A DNA stretch of 64,000 nucleotides from Myxococcota bacterium (GTDB lineage Bacteria; Myxococcota_A; Polyangia; Nannocystales; Nannocystaceae). How positions within the stretch are numbered: the first letter of the stretch is position 1; every line of letters starts with the position of its first letter. This document shows positions 9,442 to 23,698 of this stretch, one piece after another. A program made the translations under genes and the position numbers. The notes below the pieces were generated by a model. That model was not told the origin of the DNA and ran no database searches. It saw only the letters and a list, made by a program, of their open reading frames with translations. The DNA lies in the NCBI GenBank assembly GCA_039028615.1, contig JBCCHT010000040.1:44259-108258 (forward strand), in the 5' to 3' direction.

Positions 9442-11373
9442 TCAGTATCGAATCTCGGTGCGGAACCACAGGGCGCCAACCGGTCCGCCGGCCTCACCTT
9501 GGGCGTTGGCCATGCCGGCTCCCGGGAACAGCACCGCGCCCTGCAGACCAGCTTGGAGCCACAGGCCGTCCAACTCGAAGCGGCCGCGGAGCCCGAGGTC
9601 GAGCTCGGTCCCGTAGTACCGCCGATGTCCGTCGCCCCCGAGCGACGTGGTTGGCTGACCACCGTTGAGCTGCGCCGCGTAGGGGTCCACGATGGGGTTG
9701 GGTGCTGCGGCCACCAGCGGGCCGCCCCAGACCTCGAGCCGCTCGCGGAAGGCCCAGCGGGCCTTGGGGTGCACATAGAGCGCGTTACTGACCCCGCCAC
9801 GAGTCGGGATGAACTGGGTGCCGTTGCTCGGCACGCCGGTCAGGACGGGGTCGTTGGCGAGGATCTCCGAGCGAGCGGTCCGCCAGCCCATCACCTGATT
9901 GAACATGATGAGCCCGACGGTGTGGCCCGCATCGAAGGTGAAGTTGTTGATCGAGCGGTCGTCGGGATTGCCGTCGCCACTGGCGTAGCCGGCATCGAAG
10001 CCCGCGAGCCAGTGCTGGTGATCGCCGAGATAGCCTCGCAGCACCGCGCCGCCCTGGACCACCGCGTGGTCGCCTCGCTCGTCGCGAGCATTGTCGGTCC
10101 GGCCCACGATGAGCGCCCCCTCGAACGCGCCCATGAGCTGGAAGCCGCTGCGCACCCGGTACAGCCCCTGGCCCGTGAGGTCGAAGGCCCCGACCTCGAG
10201 GTCGTCGTCGTCGGGGTACAGGTCGTCGTCGTCGACCGTTCGCTGGCGCCGGTACACCGCGTAGCCGCCCAGCGAGTTGCCCGGGTGCCGGGAGGAGTCG
10301 TGGCGGATCACCAGCAGCGCCTGGCCGGCCAGGTCGCCCCGTGTCAGCTGCACACGTTCGTCGCGGAACACGAGGTCGCCACCCACCGCGAACACGAGGT
10401 CACGCAACCGCCCGCCGCCGGGGGCAAAGGGCTTGGTGGCGAGCAGCACCCGCTCGTAGATGTCACCCAGGCTGTCGCCGCCGAAGCGCATGTCGCCGAA
10501 GCGGTCGACGTTGTTGCCGTCGTTGGCCAGCATGCCCTGGCCCCACGTGAACGACTGCTGCCCTGCCCGAATGACGATGTAGGGGGTGGTGAAGGTCGCG
10601 TACAGCTCGCGAGGATCGAGCAGGAGCTGCTGGGTGTGCCCCGGGGGTTGGCCAGTGACGATGATCTCGTCGAGGACGGGATCGGTGCTGCCGATGGGGG
10701 CCCAGGCGCCATTGATGAAGTCGACGTTGCCGACGACCTCGAGCCAGTTGGACCACGACAGCTTCGGGTTCCACCGCAGCCGCCCGGTGGTGCGTGCCCC
10801 TTCCCGGTACACCTCGCCGGTTCGGTCGAGCGGGAAGTCGGAGGTCCAGCCGATCTGGTTACGCAGCTGCAGGCCGGGCTGGAAGCGGAGGCGGCCCTTC
10901 TCGAGCACCGCGACCTCGTCGGCGGGGTAGCCCCGGATCGCCGACAGCACCCGCGGCATGGTGCGAATCCCGGGCACGGGCTGGATGGTCATGACGCCGT
11001 CCGAAGACTCGGTCGGCTCCGCCTCGGGGGCGGGTGGCTCGAGCTCGATGCAGCGCGAGCCTTCCGGGCAGTGCTCCAGCCGAGGCGGCGAGTCCATGTC
11101 GAGCAGCGGCGGCGCGGGCCGGGGCTCGGGCTCGGGACCATCGACGGCGGTGGGACCCTCGTAGTCGCGCTGCGGCGAATCGGGCTCGCTCTCGACCGGC
11201 GGCTGGGCGGGGGCCTCGGGCTCGGCTTCGGCCACAGACGGGGCCTGAGCGTCCGTTTGCGGCCCTTCGGCTTCGGGGGCTGGCTCGGCCGCGCTCGCTG
11301 GGGGCTCGGAGTCCCCCGTCGGGGGGGCGAGCAGGGCGAGCAGCAGCAACGGCGAACCCAGCATCGCCGTCAC
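9442..11373 (-). CDS. outer-membrane beta-barrel protein (alginate-export-like) with Pro/Glu-rich N-terminal linker
   Basis: signal peptide, amphipathic strands, YASGD motif, GTELDLG, terminal aromatic (EIRY); start 11373 or 11364. Confidence 0.65.
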   Translation of the reverse strand: MTAMLGSPLLLLALLAPPTGDSEPPASAAEPAPEAEGPQTDAQAPSVAEAEPEAPAQPPVESEPDSPQRDYEGPTAVDGPEPEPRPAPPLLDMDSPPRLEHCPEGSRCIELEPPAPEAEPTESSDGVMTIQPVPGIRTMPRVLSAIRGYPADEVAVLEKGRLRFQPGLQLRNQIGWTSDFPLDRTGEVYREGARTTGRLRWNPKLSWSNWLEVVGNVDFINGAWAPIGSTDPVLDEIIVTGQPPGHTQQLLLDPRELYATFTTPYIVIRAGQQSFTWGQGMLANDGNNVDRFGDMRFGGDSLGDIYERVLLATKPFAPGGGRLRDLVFAVGGDLVFRDERVQLTRGDLAGQALLVIRHDSSRHPGNSLGGYAVYRRQRTVDDDDLYPDDDDLEVGAFDLTGQGLYRVRSGFQLMGAFEGALIVGRTDNARDERGDHAVVQGGAVLRGYLGDHQHWLAGFDAGYASGDGNPDDRSINNFTFDAGHTVGLIMFNQVMGWRTARSEILANDPVLTGVPSNGTQFIPTRGGVSNALYVHPKARWAFRERLEVWGGPLVAAAPNPIVDPYAAQLNGGQPTTSLGGDGHRRYYGTELDLGLRGRFELDGLWLQAGLQGAVLFPGAGMANAQGEAGGPVGALWFRTEIRY

Positions 11374-11393
11374 GCTAACACGGCGCCAGTGTT

Positions 11394-13871
11394 TTAGGTC
11401 GATGCGTCGGCCTCGGCTGCACTCGACGACGCGGCCCCTCGCACGAGTCGGGACGTGCACAGCGGCAAGATCAGGTAGCACCCTGCCCCGATGAGCAGCG
11501 TTACGTTGATGCCCCATGCCATGGAGGAGGTCAGCGCGAGACCGCTGGCCACCACGCCGCACGCCCCGTTGATGCCCCACATCCAGGGGCCCAAGGGGGG
11601 ACGGTCTTCACCACCGAGGCGCTCGACCAGCTGAAGTCCGAGCGGGAAGCCCAGGCCCAAGCCGAGGGCAGGCACGGCCACGAGCCCGAGTCCCACCAGC
11701 ACGCGCACCCCGGGGGCGGCGGCCTTGAAGTTGCCCATGAGCGGGTCGAGCAACGCCGCGGACAGCAGCACCAACGCGGTGGGCAGCAAGGGGTAGAGCC
11801 TAGCCACCCACGGGCGCATCAGCGGGATGCGACCGCTGAAGAGGCTGCCGATGCCAGTAAACAAGATGATCCCGCCCAGCAGCACGGCCAGGGCCAAGGT
11901 GGGGTGCCCCAGGAACACGTTGAGCCGCGACAGCAGGCCGATCTCCACGAACATGAAGCCCAGGCCGATGAGCGCGAAGTAGGAGCTGGCTGCCGCGACG
12001 TCGAGCCCGGCGTAGGGCGACAGGTCGCGCCGCCGCGACCACAGGGGCGCGAGCACGGCGATGAGCGTGAGCAGGGCGCTGATGGCCGTGGCGTAGACCA
12101 GGGTCTGGGTGGCGTGCAGGTTGCCCAAAAACGCGTAGTCGAGCTCGTCCACCTCTTCGGGCTGCGACAGCCAGGTGGCGGGCTTGATCATGTTGAAGAA
12201 GAACGGGCGCGCGTCGGTGGGCGGGGTGAGATCGAGGGTCTGGCTCTCGGCCCAGGCCCACATCGCCTTGCGGTCGGGTACCTCGGCCAGCTCCTTGAGC
12301 ATGGGGTTGAGGGGCACCCGCTTGGGCGACAGCAACATGTTGAAGCCCCGCTTGACCGCCTCGCGCCGCATCGTCTGGATGTCGGTATTGGTGAACGGCT
12401 TGGGCGTGACCAGGATGGTCGCGATGTTGTTGTTCTGCAGCATCATGATGTGCTGCCGTGGTTTCTCGACGCCCAGCGACCACAGGGTCTCCATGGCCAG
12501 GGCCAGCATGCGCGCGGTCTCGCCGGGCGAGTCGGGCTTGTACCAGCGCGAGACGGTGAAGATCCCGGTGGGCGTCAGCCGTCGCAAGAAGATCTGCCAG
12601 CCCTGCACCGTGTACAGGCCGTTTTCCGACAGCGAGTATGCGCCCGCGCCCGTGGAGGCCCAGGTGTCGATGAGCGACATGGTCAGCACGTCGTAGCGCT
12701 GCTTGTCGCGAGCGAAGTACGAGCGCGCCTCGTCGTTGACCAGCTTCACCCCCGGCAGGTCGGCGATGCCCGAGAACTCGCGCATCGGCCCTTCGTGCAG
12801 GTCGACGATGAGTGCGTTGAGCTCCAGGCCGATGACGGGGGAGTGGCCGACCCGGGCGGCTTCGAGCACGTCTCGGCCTCCGCCCACGCCGATCACCGCG
12901 GCGGGGCCAGTGGGGCGCAACAGGTGCGCGAAGGAGGTCACGTCCCACGACAGGTACTCGTGGTCGGCGGCCGAGCCCGGCTGGTCGTCGGTGGGATCGC
13001 GATCGAAGCTCGCCATCACCGTGCCCGCGGCCCCGTCGATCTTCATGCCGCGCTGGGGCAGGGGCTGCAGGACCTCGAGCGGGGTCAGTCGTCCGCCTGC
13101 CCACAAAAGCGGGGGCATGGCGATGGTGTGGTCCACCGTGACGCGCGAGTAGGTGTTCCAGCCCTTGAACAGGAACTGGGTCGCGGACTCGTCGTCGCCC
13201 TTGACCGAGCGCGCGCGCAGCATGGGGCTGTCGATGGTGGCGTTGACCAGGCCGAGGGCGAGCAGGGCCAGGCCCAGGCCGCCCGCGAGCTTGCGGTGCT
13301 TGGGGGCCTCGGCGTCGTCACGGGCGCTGGCGAAGGCGAAGCCGGCCACGGCGGCGAGGGCCGAGGCGATGAGCACCGCGCTCGGGGCATCGAGCACGTC
13401 GAGCAGGGGAATGACCAGGCCGCAGCCCGCCGCCGCCCCGACCAGATCGACGCCGTAGACCTTGCCCGGGGGCAGGCCCGCGCGAGTGAGCACGAGGGTC
13501 AGCACCACGCCGCTGATGGTGAACGGCACGGCCAGCGCTCCGCCGTAGCCGAGCATGGACATGAAGCCCTCGGCGGAGGTGATCGGCTGCAGCGGGATCA
13601 TCAGCGCGACCGCGACCGCCAGCGGTGCGGTCGCGGCCAGGGCCAGGCAGCCCTGGGTCGCGCGGCGGGGCACCTGCTCGTCGGAGAAGGTCGCCGGGCG
13701 CACGAACACGATCACCGCGCCCGCGGTCATGCCCAGCATCGCCAGCGAGATGACGAAGAAGGCGAGGTGATACCAAGCGACCACGCTGGTGATGCGGGTC
13801 AGCAGGATCTCCAGCACCAGGGTGGCCAACGCGACGAGGAAGACACCTACATAGGTCTTGCGATGATCCAT
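11394..13871 (-). CDS. fused MFS-like / spermidine-synthase-like (class I SAM-dependent) membrane protein
   Basis: about 7 N-terminal TMs; central VIGVGGGRD, GLELN, DEARSY, LYTVQGW; C-terminal TM block with PTDARPFFF and WGING. Confidence 0.85.
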   Translation of the reverse strand: MDHRKTYVGVFLVALATLVLEILLTRITSVVAWYHLAFFVISLAMLGMTAGAVIVFVRPATFSDEQVPRRATQGCLALAATAPLAVAVALMIPLQPITSAEGFMSMLGYGGALAVPFTISGVVLTLVLTRAGLPPGKVYGVDLVGAAAGCGLVIPLLDVLDAPSAVLIASALAAVAGFAFASARDDAEAPKHRKLAGGLGLALLALGLVNATIDSPMLRARSVKGDDESATQFLFKGWNTYSRVTVDHTIAMPPLLWAGGRLTPLEVLQPLPQRGMKIDGAAGTVMASFDRDPTDDQPGSAADHEYLSWDVTSFAHLLRPTGPAAVIGVGGGRDVLEAARVGHSPVIGLELNALIVDLHEGPMREFSGIADLPGVKLVNDEARSYFARDKQRYDVLTMSLIDTWASTGAGAYSLSENGLYTVQGWQIFLRRLTPTGIFTVSRWYKPDSPGETARMLALAMETLWSLGVEKPRQHIMMLQNNNIATILVTPKPFTNTDIQTMRREAVKRGFNMLLSPKRVPLNPMLKELAEVPDRKAMWAWAESQTLDLTPPTDARPFFFNMIKPATWLSQPEEVDELDYAFLGNLHATQTLVYATAISALLTLIAVLAPLWSRRRDLSPYAGLDVAAASSYFALIGLGFMFVEIGLLSRLNVFLGHPTLALAVLLGGIILFTGIGSLFSGRIPLMRPWVARLYPLLPTALVLLSAALLDPLMGNFKAAAPGVRVLVGLGLVAVPALGLGLGFPLGLQLVERLGGEDRPPLGPWMWGINGACGVVASGLALTSSMAWGINVTLLIGAGCYLILPLCTSRLVRGAASSSAAEADAST

Positions 13872-14010
13872 GGAGCGACCGGGCCGGAGGATACGGCAAC
13901 GGCCCGCGCCGTGGCGAATCCGAGCCCGCGCGACAAACGCAGGCCGTGCACGGCCCGTGGCCGGGGCTCCCGGTCGATCGTTGAAAGATGTCTCGCCGCC
14001 GTGATCGACC

Positions 14011-15495
14011 TCAGTACGTGAACAGACAGCGCGTCAGTGGGATGCCGACGTCGCGGGTCACGTACAGGTAGTAGTCCTCGCCGGGGGTCAGAGCCGCGGG
14101 GGTTCCTTCGGCGGGGAAGCGCTGGCTCATGCCGTTGGGCGCCTGTCCGTACACGATGTCGCCCGACGCGATCGGGGTGCCGGTCGACGGCACGTCGACG
14201 CGCCAGCGGGTGCCCTCAGGCAGGTCGAGGTTGGGGGGCACGGTGGGATTGGCCGCGCCGGCATCCAGCACGTAGACATAGCGGGCATCGGCGCCCTCCC
14301 ACGTGATGCGACCGTTGCGATCGACGCCCTCGCCGTTTTCACACGCGCCGGGCTCGTACACCATCTGGTCGTAGAGCGGGCCGCCGAAGGGCGCGTTGTC
14401 GGCGAAGCTCTCCTCGGTACGGCCGCGGCGCTCGAGCTCGGCGATGAAGAAGGCCACCATGCGCTGGGGATCGGTGGTGGGGAAGCCGGAGTGGACGCGG
14501 TCGAAGCCGTTGTTGTCCTCGGGGTCGTAGGCCCCGAACGAGGTGGAGTCGATCCAGCCCGCGCCCAAGGCCAAGCCCGTGTCCTTGAACCCGTTCATGA
14601 AGTTGCCGGGCTGGTCCGTGTACCAATTCGAGGGGCCGATGGGCGTGCCCGACTCGGTGTGGCAGCAGGTGCACGCGCTCGACTCGATCTGGTTGCGGAC
14701 CCAGGTCAGCTCGGCGACATAGGTCTCGTCCTCGAGGCGCTCGTCTTCTTGGTCGAAGCCTTCGGCAGGGGGAGCGGGGTAGTAGGGGCGCTGGGTTCGG
14801 ACGACGTCACACGAGGCGTAGTCGACGAACTTGCGGCCTTCCTCGGTCGCGCCGGAGATCGACTGCCATGTGCAGACCTGGCCGTCGGGGCCGTTGCCCG
14901 GCCCCTCCCCCGCGATGGGGTCCTGGCACTCGAGGGTGGGCTGGATGAAGACGTTGCCGCTGGGGCCGTCGCCCGGGTCGTCCTCGCAGGCGGGCGACGG
15001 GTTCCAGTCACCGCCGCCGAAGTTCTCGCAGCCGAGCTGCTGGTCGGCGCAGGTGCCCGGGTCGTCGCCGTAGATGTAGATGCTGGTGCGCCGCCCCGCG
15101 TCGTCGGTCAGCTCGCAGTTGCCGAGCAGGCCGTCGGGAGCGCACGGCACGGCCAGCTCCAGGTCGCCGCTCCACTGGTCGCAGTCGGCGGTGACGTCGG
15201 CCTCCGTCCAGTCGTCTCCGGTGTACTCGCGACACTCGTCGCCCTGGGTGAACACGCTCGTGTAGTTGCAGCTCGCGAACACCTCGGCTTGGCCACCATC
15301 GTCGCCGCCGCTGCTGTCGTCGGCCGACGCGTCGTCGCCCGAGGTCTGCTCTTCGCTGCCGTCCGAGTCGGCCTCGGGCGTCGCCGCCGTCTCGTCGCCG
15401 CACGCCGCCAAGGTCAGCGAGGTCGCGACCAGGAGCAACGCGCGTCGGAGGGGTTCGTCGGAACGGGAGAGCAGAGGCAGATTGCGCAGTTTCAT
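14011..15495 (-). CDS. Cys-rich acidic lipoprotein with a CxxCH motif
   Basis: lipobox LAAC; ACTCCHT; many paired cysteines. Confidence 0.7.
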   Translation of the reverse strand: MKLRNLPLLSRSDEPLRRALLLVATSLTLAACGDETAATPEADSDGSEEQTSGDDASADDSSGGDDGGQAEVFASCNYTSVFTQGDECREYTGDDWTEADVTADCDQWSGDLELAVPCAPDGLLGNCELTDDAGRRTSIYIYGDDPGTCADQQLGCENFGGGDWNPSPACEDDPGDGPSGNVFIQPTLECQDPIAGEGPGNGPDGQVCTWQSISGATEEGRKFVDYASCDVVRTQRPYYPAPPAEGFDQEDERLEDETYVAELTWVRNQIESSACTCCHTESGTPIGPSNWYTDQPGNFMNGFKDTGLALGAGWIDSTSFGAYDPEDNNGFDRVHSGFPTTDPQRMVAFFIAELERRGRTEESFADNAPFGGPLYDQMVYEPGACENGEGVDRNGRITWEGADARYVYVLDAGAANPTVPPNLDLPEGTRWRVDVPSTGTPIASGDIVYGQAPNGMSQRFPAEGTPAALTPGEDYYLYVTRDVGIPLTRCLFTY

Positions 15496-15675
15496 GGCGA
15501 GTGAGGGGCCGGAGGACAGCTGCCCGGGTCTGTGCGTGACGTTTCCCCGACCGGCAACGAAATCACTCGGAGGTCGCCGTATTCGTAGGCTGGCGCCCAT
15601 TTTCCGCGGCGCTTCGTGAAACGACGCATTCGCGCTGGCGCGACGAACGCGAGCCAACGACCTTACAATCGCCGC

Positions 15676-17124
15676 GTGTGGAGACCTCCGCAGCGGATTC
15701 GGCACCCCCTTCCTCCTGGTGCCTGGCCCGACGCCGAACGAGCCGGTGCCTCGCGTTGGTTTTCCCCCGTGACTCTAGGTCCGCTGACCTTGGAGCAGCG
15801 CACCTGGGTGCCGGCCATGGTGCCCTGGCGCGCGACCGAGGGCGGACTGGTCACCCCCGACGTGTTGGACTGGTACGCCCGATTCGCGCGCGGTCGACCG
15901 GGCGCGATCGTGGTCGAAGCCACGGGGATCCGCGACATCCCCAGCGGGCCGCTGCTGCGGATCGGCCACGAGCGCTTCTTGCCCGGCCTGCGCGATCTGG
16001 TGCGGGTGGTGCAGGAGGCGAGCGAGGGCCACACGCGGCTGCTGATTCAGATCATCGACTTTCTACGGATCCGTCGGCGCCCCGAGCCCGAGAAGTTCCT
16101 GCGGCGTTTTCTGGCGATCACCGACCGCCATCGGGCGGCGCTGCCCAAGGCGGGCGATGACGATGCCATCCGCGACGCGCTGGTGGCCATGTCCGACGAC
16201 GAGCGGGCCGAGGTCCTCGATGAGCGCGAGCTCCAGGCGCTGCGCTACGGCGCGCGCGAGCGGGTGACCGACCTGCAGCATCCGCACATCCGGGACCTCC
16301 CCGCGGTCTTGCCCGACCTGTTCGCGAAGGCGGCCGGCCGGGCCCGCGAGGCGGGCTTCGACGGGGTCGAGCTGCACTACGCCCACGCCTACACGATGGC
16401 GTCGTTCCTCTCGCGTCGAAACACGCGCGACGACGGCTACGGCGGGCCGCGAGAGCAGCGGGCCCGCCTGCCGCTGGAGGTCTACGAGCGCGTCCGGGCC
16501 GAGGTCGGCGACGACTACTGCGTGGGCTGTCGCTACTTGGGCGACGAGGCGATCGACGGCGGCACCGGGCCCGACGACGCGGCGTACTTCGGTGAGCGCT
16601 TCGCGGCGGCGGGCATGGATTTCCTGTCGCTGTCCCGCGGCGGCAAGTTCGAGGATGCGCTCCAGCCCAAGGTGGGGTGGTCGGCCTACCCGTATACCGG
16701 TCCGAGCGGCTACGAGTGCATGCCCACCGTGCATTCGGACGAGCGCGGGCCCTTCGGGCGCAACGTGTCCACGGCGACGATGATCCGCGAACGGATCCGC
16801 GCCGCGGGACACGAGACACCCGTGGTCGTGGCGGGCGGCATCTGTGCCTTCGAGCAAGCAGAGGCGCTGCTCGAGCAGGGCCAGGCCGACGTGGTGGGCG
16901 CGGCCCGGCAGACCCTGGCCGACCCCGATTGGTTCCGCAAGGTGCACCTGGGGCGCGGCGAGCAGGTGCGGCGCTGCAAGTACACCAACTACTGCGAGGC
17001 GCTCGACCAAAAGCACAAGCAGGTCACCTGCCAGCTGTGGGATCGCGAAGCGCTGGACGAGCCCGACGTACCGCTGGCCCAAGACGGCCGACGCCGCCTG
17101 ATCGCGCCGCGATGGGACGAGTGA
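15676..17124 (+). CDS. NADH:flavin oxidoreductase (Old Yellow Enzyme family)
   Basis: PAMVPWRA, IVVEATG, GFDGVELHYAHAY, RDDGYGG, ARQTLADP; C-terminal CKYTNYC...C. Confidence 0.92.
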   Translation: MWRPPQRIRHPLPPGAWPDAERAGASRWFSPVTLGPLTLEQRTWVPAMVPWRATEGGLVTPDVLDWYARFARGRPGAIVVEATGIRDIPSGPLLRIGHERFLPGLRDLVRVVQEASEGHTRLLIQIIDFLRIRRRPEPEKFLRRFLAITDRHRAALPKAGDDDAIRDALVAMSDDERAEVLDERELQALRYGARERVTDLQHPHIRDLPAVLPDLFAKAAGRAREAGFDGVELHYAHAYTMASFLSRRNTRDDGYGGPREQRARLPLEVYERVRAEVGDDYCVGCRYLGDEAIDGGTGPDDAAYFGERFAAAGMDFLSLSRGGKFEDALQPKVGWSAYPYTGPSGYECMPTVHSDERGPFGRNVSTATMIRERIRAAGHETPVVVAGGICAFEQAEALLEQGQADVVGAARQTLADPDWFRKVHLGRGEQVRRCKYTNYCEALDQKHKQVTCQLWDREALDEPDVPLAQDGRRRLIAPRWDE

Positions 17125-17128
17125 GTCG

Positions 17129-17788
17129 GTGAGCGGGCGCGTGCTCGTCATGGGGGTCGTGGTCGGGTGCACGGTGGCGTGCGCCGGGTCGGGAGGCTCG
17201 CGAGGTAGCCGTGAACCCGCCTTCGAGGAGGGCGAGTGCCTGGCGAGCTTCGAGGTGGAGCACGAGCACTCGCCGCTGGTCGAGCAGGGCGAGCTGGGCA
17301 TGCCCGCGGCCGGCTTCCAGGTTCGGTTTCCCGCGGCGGAGATCGACGGGCAGGCGCAGCGCCCGGTCACGGCGGTGTCCCGCGCGACGCTGGAGGGGCA
17401 ACCCGTGGTGTGGTTCTCGCCGCAGATCGACGCGGTGGTGCTCGACGCCCGGGCCTTTGCTCCGCTGCACGGGGTCGACCCGACGCGGAGCCCGGTGGGG
17501 CAGGCGTTTCGCGTCGGTCGGGTCACGGCGGCCGCTCGCGAAGCCTTCGGGGAGCGGGGCCTGACCGAGCTGTTGGTGCGCAGCGGGGTGATCCAGACCT
17601 ACTGGTACTCGGGCGCCGCGCTGTGTCTGGCCGCCGAGGACTCCTCGACTCCAGACTATCGCGCGAAGTGGCACGGGGTTCATCGCGGTGCGCCTCGCAA
17701 GGCTGACGCGGAGCCCTTCGCCTTCGGCGTGACCATCGACGATGCGGGCATCATTCATGTCACCCGCGGGGGCGTGCCCAACCCGTGA
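17129..17788 (+). CDS. hypothetical lipoprotein
   Basis: signal ending TVAC; begins 4 nt after the upstream stop and overlaps the next start. Confidence 0.6.
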   Translation: MSGRVLVMGVVVGCTVACAGSGGSRGSREPAFEEGECLASFEVEHEHSPLVEQGELGMPAAGFQVRFPAAEIDGQAQRPVTAVSRATLEGQPVVWFSPQIDAVVLDARAFAPLHGVDPTRSPVGQAFRVGRVTAAAREAFGERGLTELLVRSGVIQTYWYSGAALCLAAEDSSTPDYRAKWHGVHRGAPRKADAEPFAFGVTIDDAGIIHVTRGGVPNP

Positions 17789-19189
17789 AGACCGTCGAGC
17801 GAGCTGCCTACGGTGACTTCCAGACCCCGCTGAGCTTGGCGCGGCAGGTCTGTGCGCAGCTGGCCGCCGCGGGGCACGAGCCGAAGACGGTGGTCGAGCC
17901 CACCTGTGGTGTGGGGGCGTTCCTGTTGGCGGCGGCGGAGTCGTTCCCGTCTGCGCAGCGGTGGGGGCAAGACATCAACCCCGACTACGTGGCGCAGGCC
18001 CGGGCCTCGCTTTTGTCGGCGGGCCACGAGGCGACGATCGAACGCGGCGATTTTTTCCAGACCGACTGGGCGCAACGGCTCGCGGAGTGGTCGGATCCGG
18101 TGCTGGTGCTCGGCAACCCGCCATGGGTCACCAGTGCGGACCTCGGGGGCCTCGGCGTCGACAACCTCCCGGCCAAGACCAACGCTCAGGGGCTGGCTGG
18201 GCTCGCGGCGAAGACGGGCAAGGCCAACTTCGACATCTCGGAGTGGATGCTGACGCAATGGCTCGAGCTGGGGCAGTCGCGGCCCCTCGACGTGGCGATG
18301 CTGGTGAAGACCGCGGTGGCGCGTCGCGTGCTCGAGTCGGCGCATCGCCGAGGCCTGTCCCTGCACGGGGCCACGCTGCACCGGATCGACGCGCGGGCCA
18401 GCTTCGGCGCCGCTGTCGATGCCGGGCTCTTTCGCTTCTCCACCGCGCGGTCCGCCTCGATCGCGTGTCCGGTCTTCGCCGAGCTGGACACGACCCAGCC
18501 CGAGGCCGAGCTGGCCATCCGAGACGGACGCCTGATCGCCGACGCTCACGCCTACGACCAGGCCCAACCCGTGCTAGGGCAGGCCGATCCTCCCTGGCGC
18601 TCGGGCATCAAGCACGATTGCTCGCGGGTCATGGAGCTGCGGCGCGAGGGCGAGGGGCTCGTCAACGGTACGGGCCAGGGAGTCGAGATCGAGGCCGAGC
18701 ACTGCTTCCCGCTGCTCAAGAGCTCCGATCTCCGGGGCGAGGACGACCCGCCCGTGCGGCGCTGGCTCGTGCTCCCCCAGCTTCGGTTCGGCGAGGACAC
18801 GGCCACCCTGGCCGAGCGGGCGCCCCAGACCTGGCAGTACCTGCTCGAGCACGGCGACGCGCTCGACGGACGGCGCAGCTCCATCTATCGCAACCAGCCT
18901 CGCTTCGCGGTCTTCGGCCTCGGCCCCTACTCGTTCAAGCGCTGGAAGATCGCGATCTCCGGCCTCGTCAAGCGCTCCGCCTTCACCCTGGTCGGCCCCC
19001 GCGAGGACCAACCGGTCATGCTCGACGACACCTGCTACTTCATCGGCTTCGACGAAGAGGCGCAGGCCCGCGACGCCCTGGCGCGGCTACGCTCGGCGCC
19101 GGCTCAGGCCGTGCTGCGAGCCCTGGTCTTCCGGGACGCCAAGCGACCGGTGACCAAGGACGTGCTCGACCGCATCGACCTGGCCAAGA

Positions 19190-19203
<14 letters not shown>
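17785..19203 (+). CDS. amino (N6-adenine-type) DNA methyltransferase, gamma-class motif order, NspV-methylase-like
   Basis: GDFQTP (motif X), EPTCGVGAFL (motif I), GNPPW (motif IV); C-terminal TRD with SGIKHDCS and DDTCY. Confidence 0.88.
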
Positions 19204-21025
<1,822 letters not shown>

Positions 21026-21195
21026 CTCTACGAACCCCCGACACCAGGGGGACGTCACACGCACGAAGGGATGAAACTTTCTTTCCGTAGCGTGCGCGTT
21101 TGTTTCCCCCGTTGCGCGCTGGCCCGAATTGAAGCGACCCCGAGTCGCGGCCGTTGCGGGCGCGAACACGGGGTCGCGGGTAGGCTCGTCGAGCT

Positions 21196-22743
<1,548 letters not shown>

Positions 22744-22762
22744 CGTGTCGAAGCTCGGAGTC

Positions 22763-23698
22763 CTAGAGGAACCGATAGACCAGGTTGATCGACGTGATGG
22801 TGTCGAGGTGACGCACGCCGGGCAACGGGTCGTTGTCCATGCGGAGGTTGAACGAGGCCGACAGCGACAGCTTGCTCACCAGCAGCGTCGAGAAGGTCGA
22901 CACCCAGTTGAGACGCCAGCGTTGCCCATCGAGCAGGCTCTGGAGGTACTCGAGGTCGGTCGTGAAGGTGACCGCGTCGCTGACGTTGTTGCTGTAGCCC
23001 GCGGCTACACGAGCCGCGTGGGTGATGAAGGTGCGGTCCAGCGGAATGAACTGGCCCTGCGCGTCGTAGATGGGGTTCCCGTCGGCATCGAGCTCGATGG
23101 CCGAGTCGGGGTCGCGCACGTCGAGCTGGAAGTCGTAGCCCGCTTCGACCCGGAGCTGCTCCTTGGCCGAGCTGATGATGTACAGCGCGGCACCGGGGTC
23201 GACGTTGAGCCGCAGGTCGAGGCGCTGGAAGGGATCGTGGCGCGCGGTGACCATGCCGAAGAGCGACCAGCGCTTCGACAGGAACACGTCGTAGCGGGCT
23301 CGACCCTGGAGGTTGCCCACCGTGTCGACCGGCTCGGAGTTCACGTCCGCGGCGGCTCGGCCGTAGTTGCCGAGGAAGGTCGCGAGGAACTGGTGACGAT
23401 CGCGGCGGATCTTGAAGTTGGTGCCACCGGTGACCGCGGTGCTCCGGGCGTTGCCGGTACTGACGAGCGCGCCGAAGGACAGGCCCCACTCGAGGGTGTC
23501 GCCTGCTTCTTCGTCTTGCTCGGCCACGGTGCCGAAGGAACCCTGGCCGTCGAGTTCGGTGGAGCCGGACGAAGCCGGGTCTTTGGCCGCGGTTCCGTCC
23601 TTGAGTTCGGGAGGGTCGGCAGGTCCGGCCGCAGCGGCCACGTTGGTGACGAGGGCGGCCGTGAGCCCGGCCGCGGCGATTGCTAGGCGTCCGCGCAT
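22763..23698 (-). CDS. DUF481-type outer-membrane beta-barrel protein
   Basis: signal peptide; STGNARS, HDPFQRLDLR, terminal LVYRFL. Confidence 0.8.
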   Translation of the reverse strand: MRGRLAIAAAGLTAALVTNVAAAAGPADPPELKDGTAAKDPASSGSTELDGQGSFGTVAEQDEEAGDTLEWGLSFGALVSTGNARSTAVTGGTNFKIRRDRHQFLATFLGNYGRAAADVNSEPVDTVGNLQGRARYDVFLSKRWSLFGMVTARHDPFQRLDLRLNVDPGAALYIISSAKEQLRVEAGYDFQLDVRDPDSAIELDADGNPIYDAQGQFIPLDRTFITHAARVAAGYSNNVSDAVTFTTDLEYLQSLLDGQRWRLNWVSTFSTLLVSKLSLSASFNLRMDNDPLPGVRHLDTITSINLVYRFL

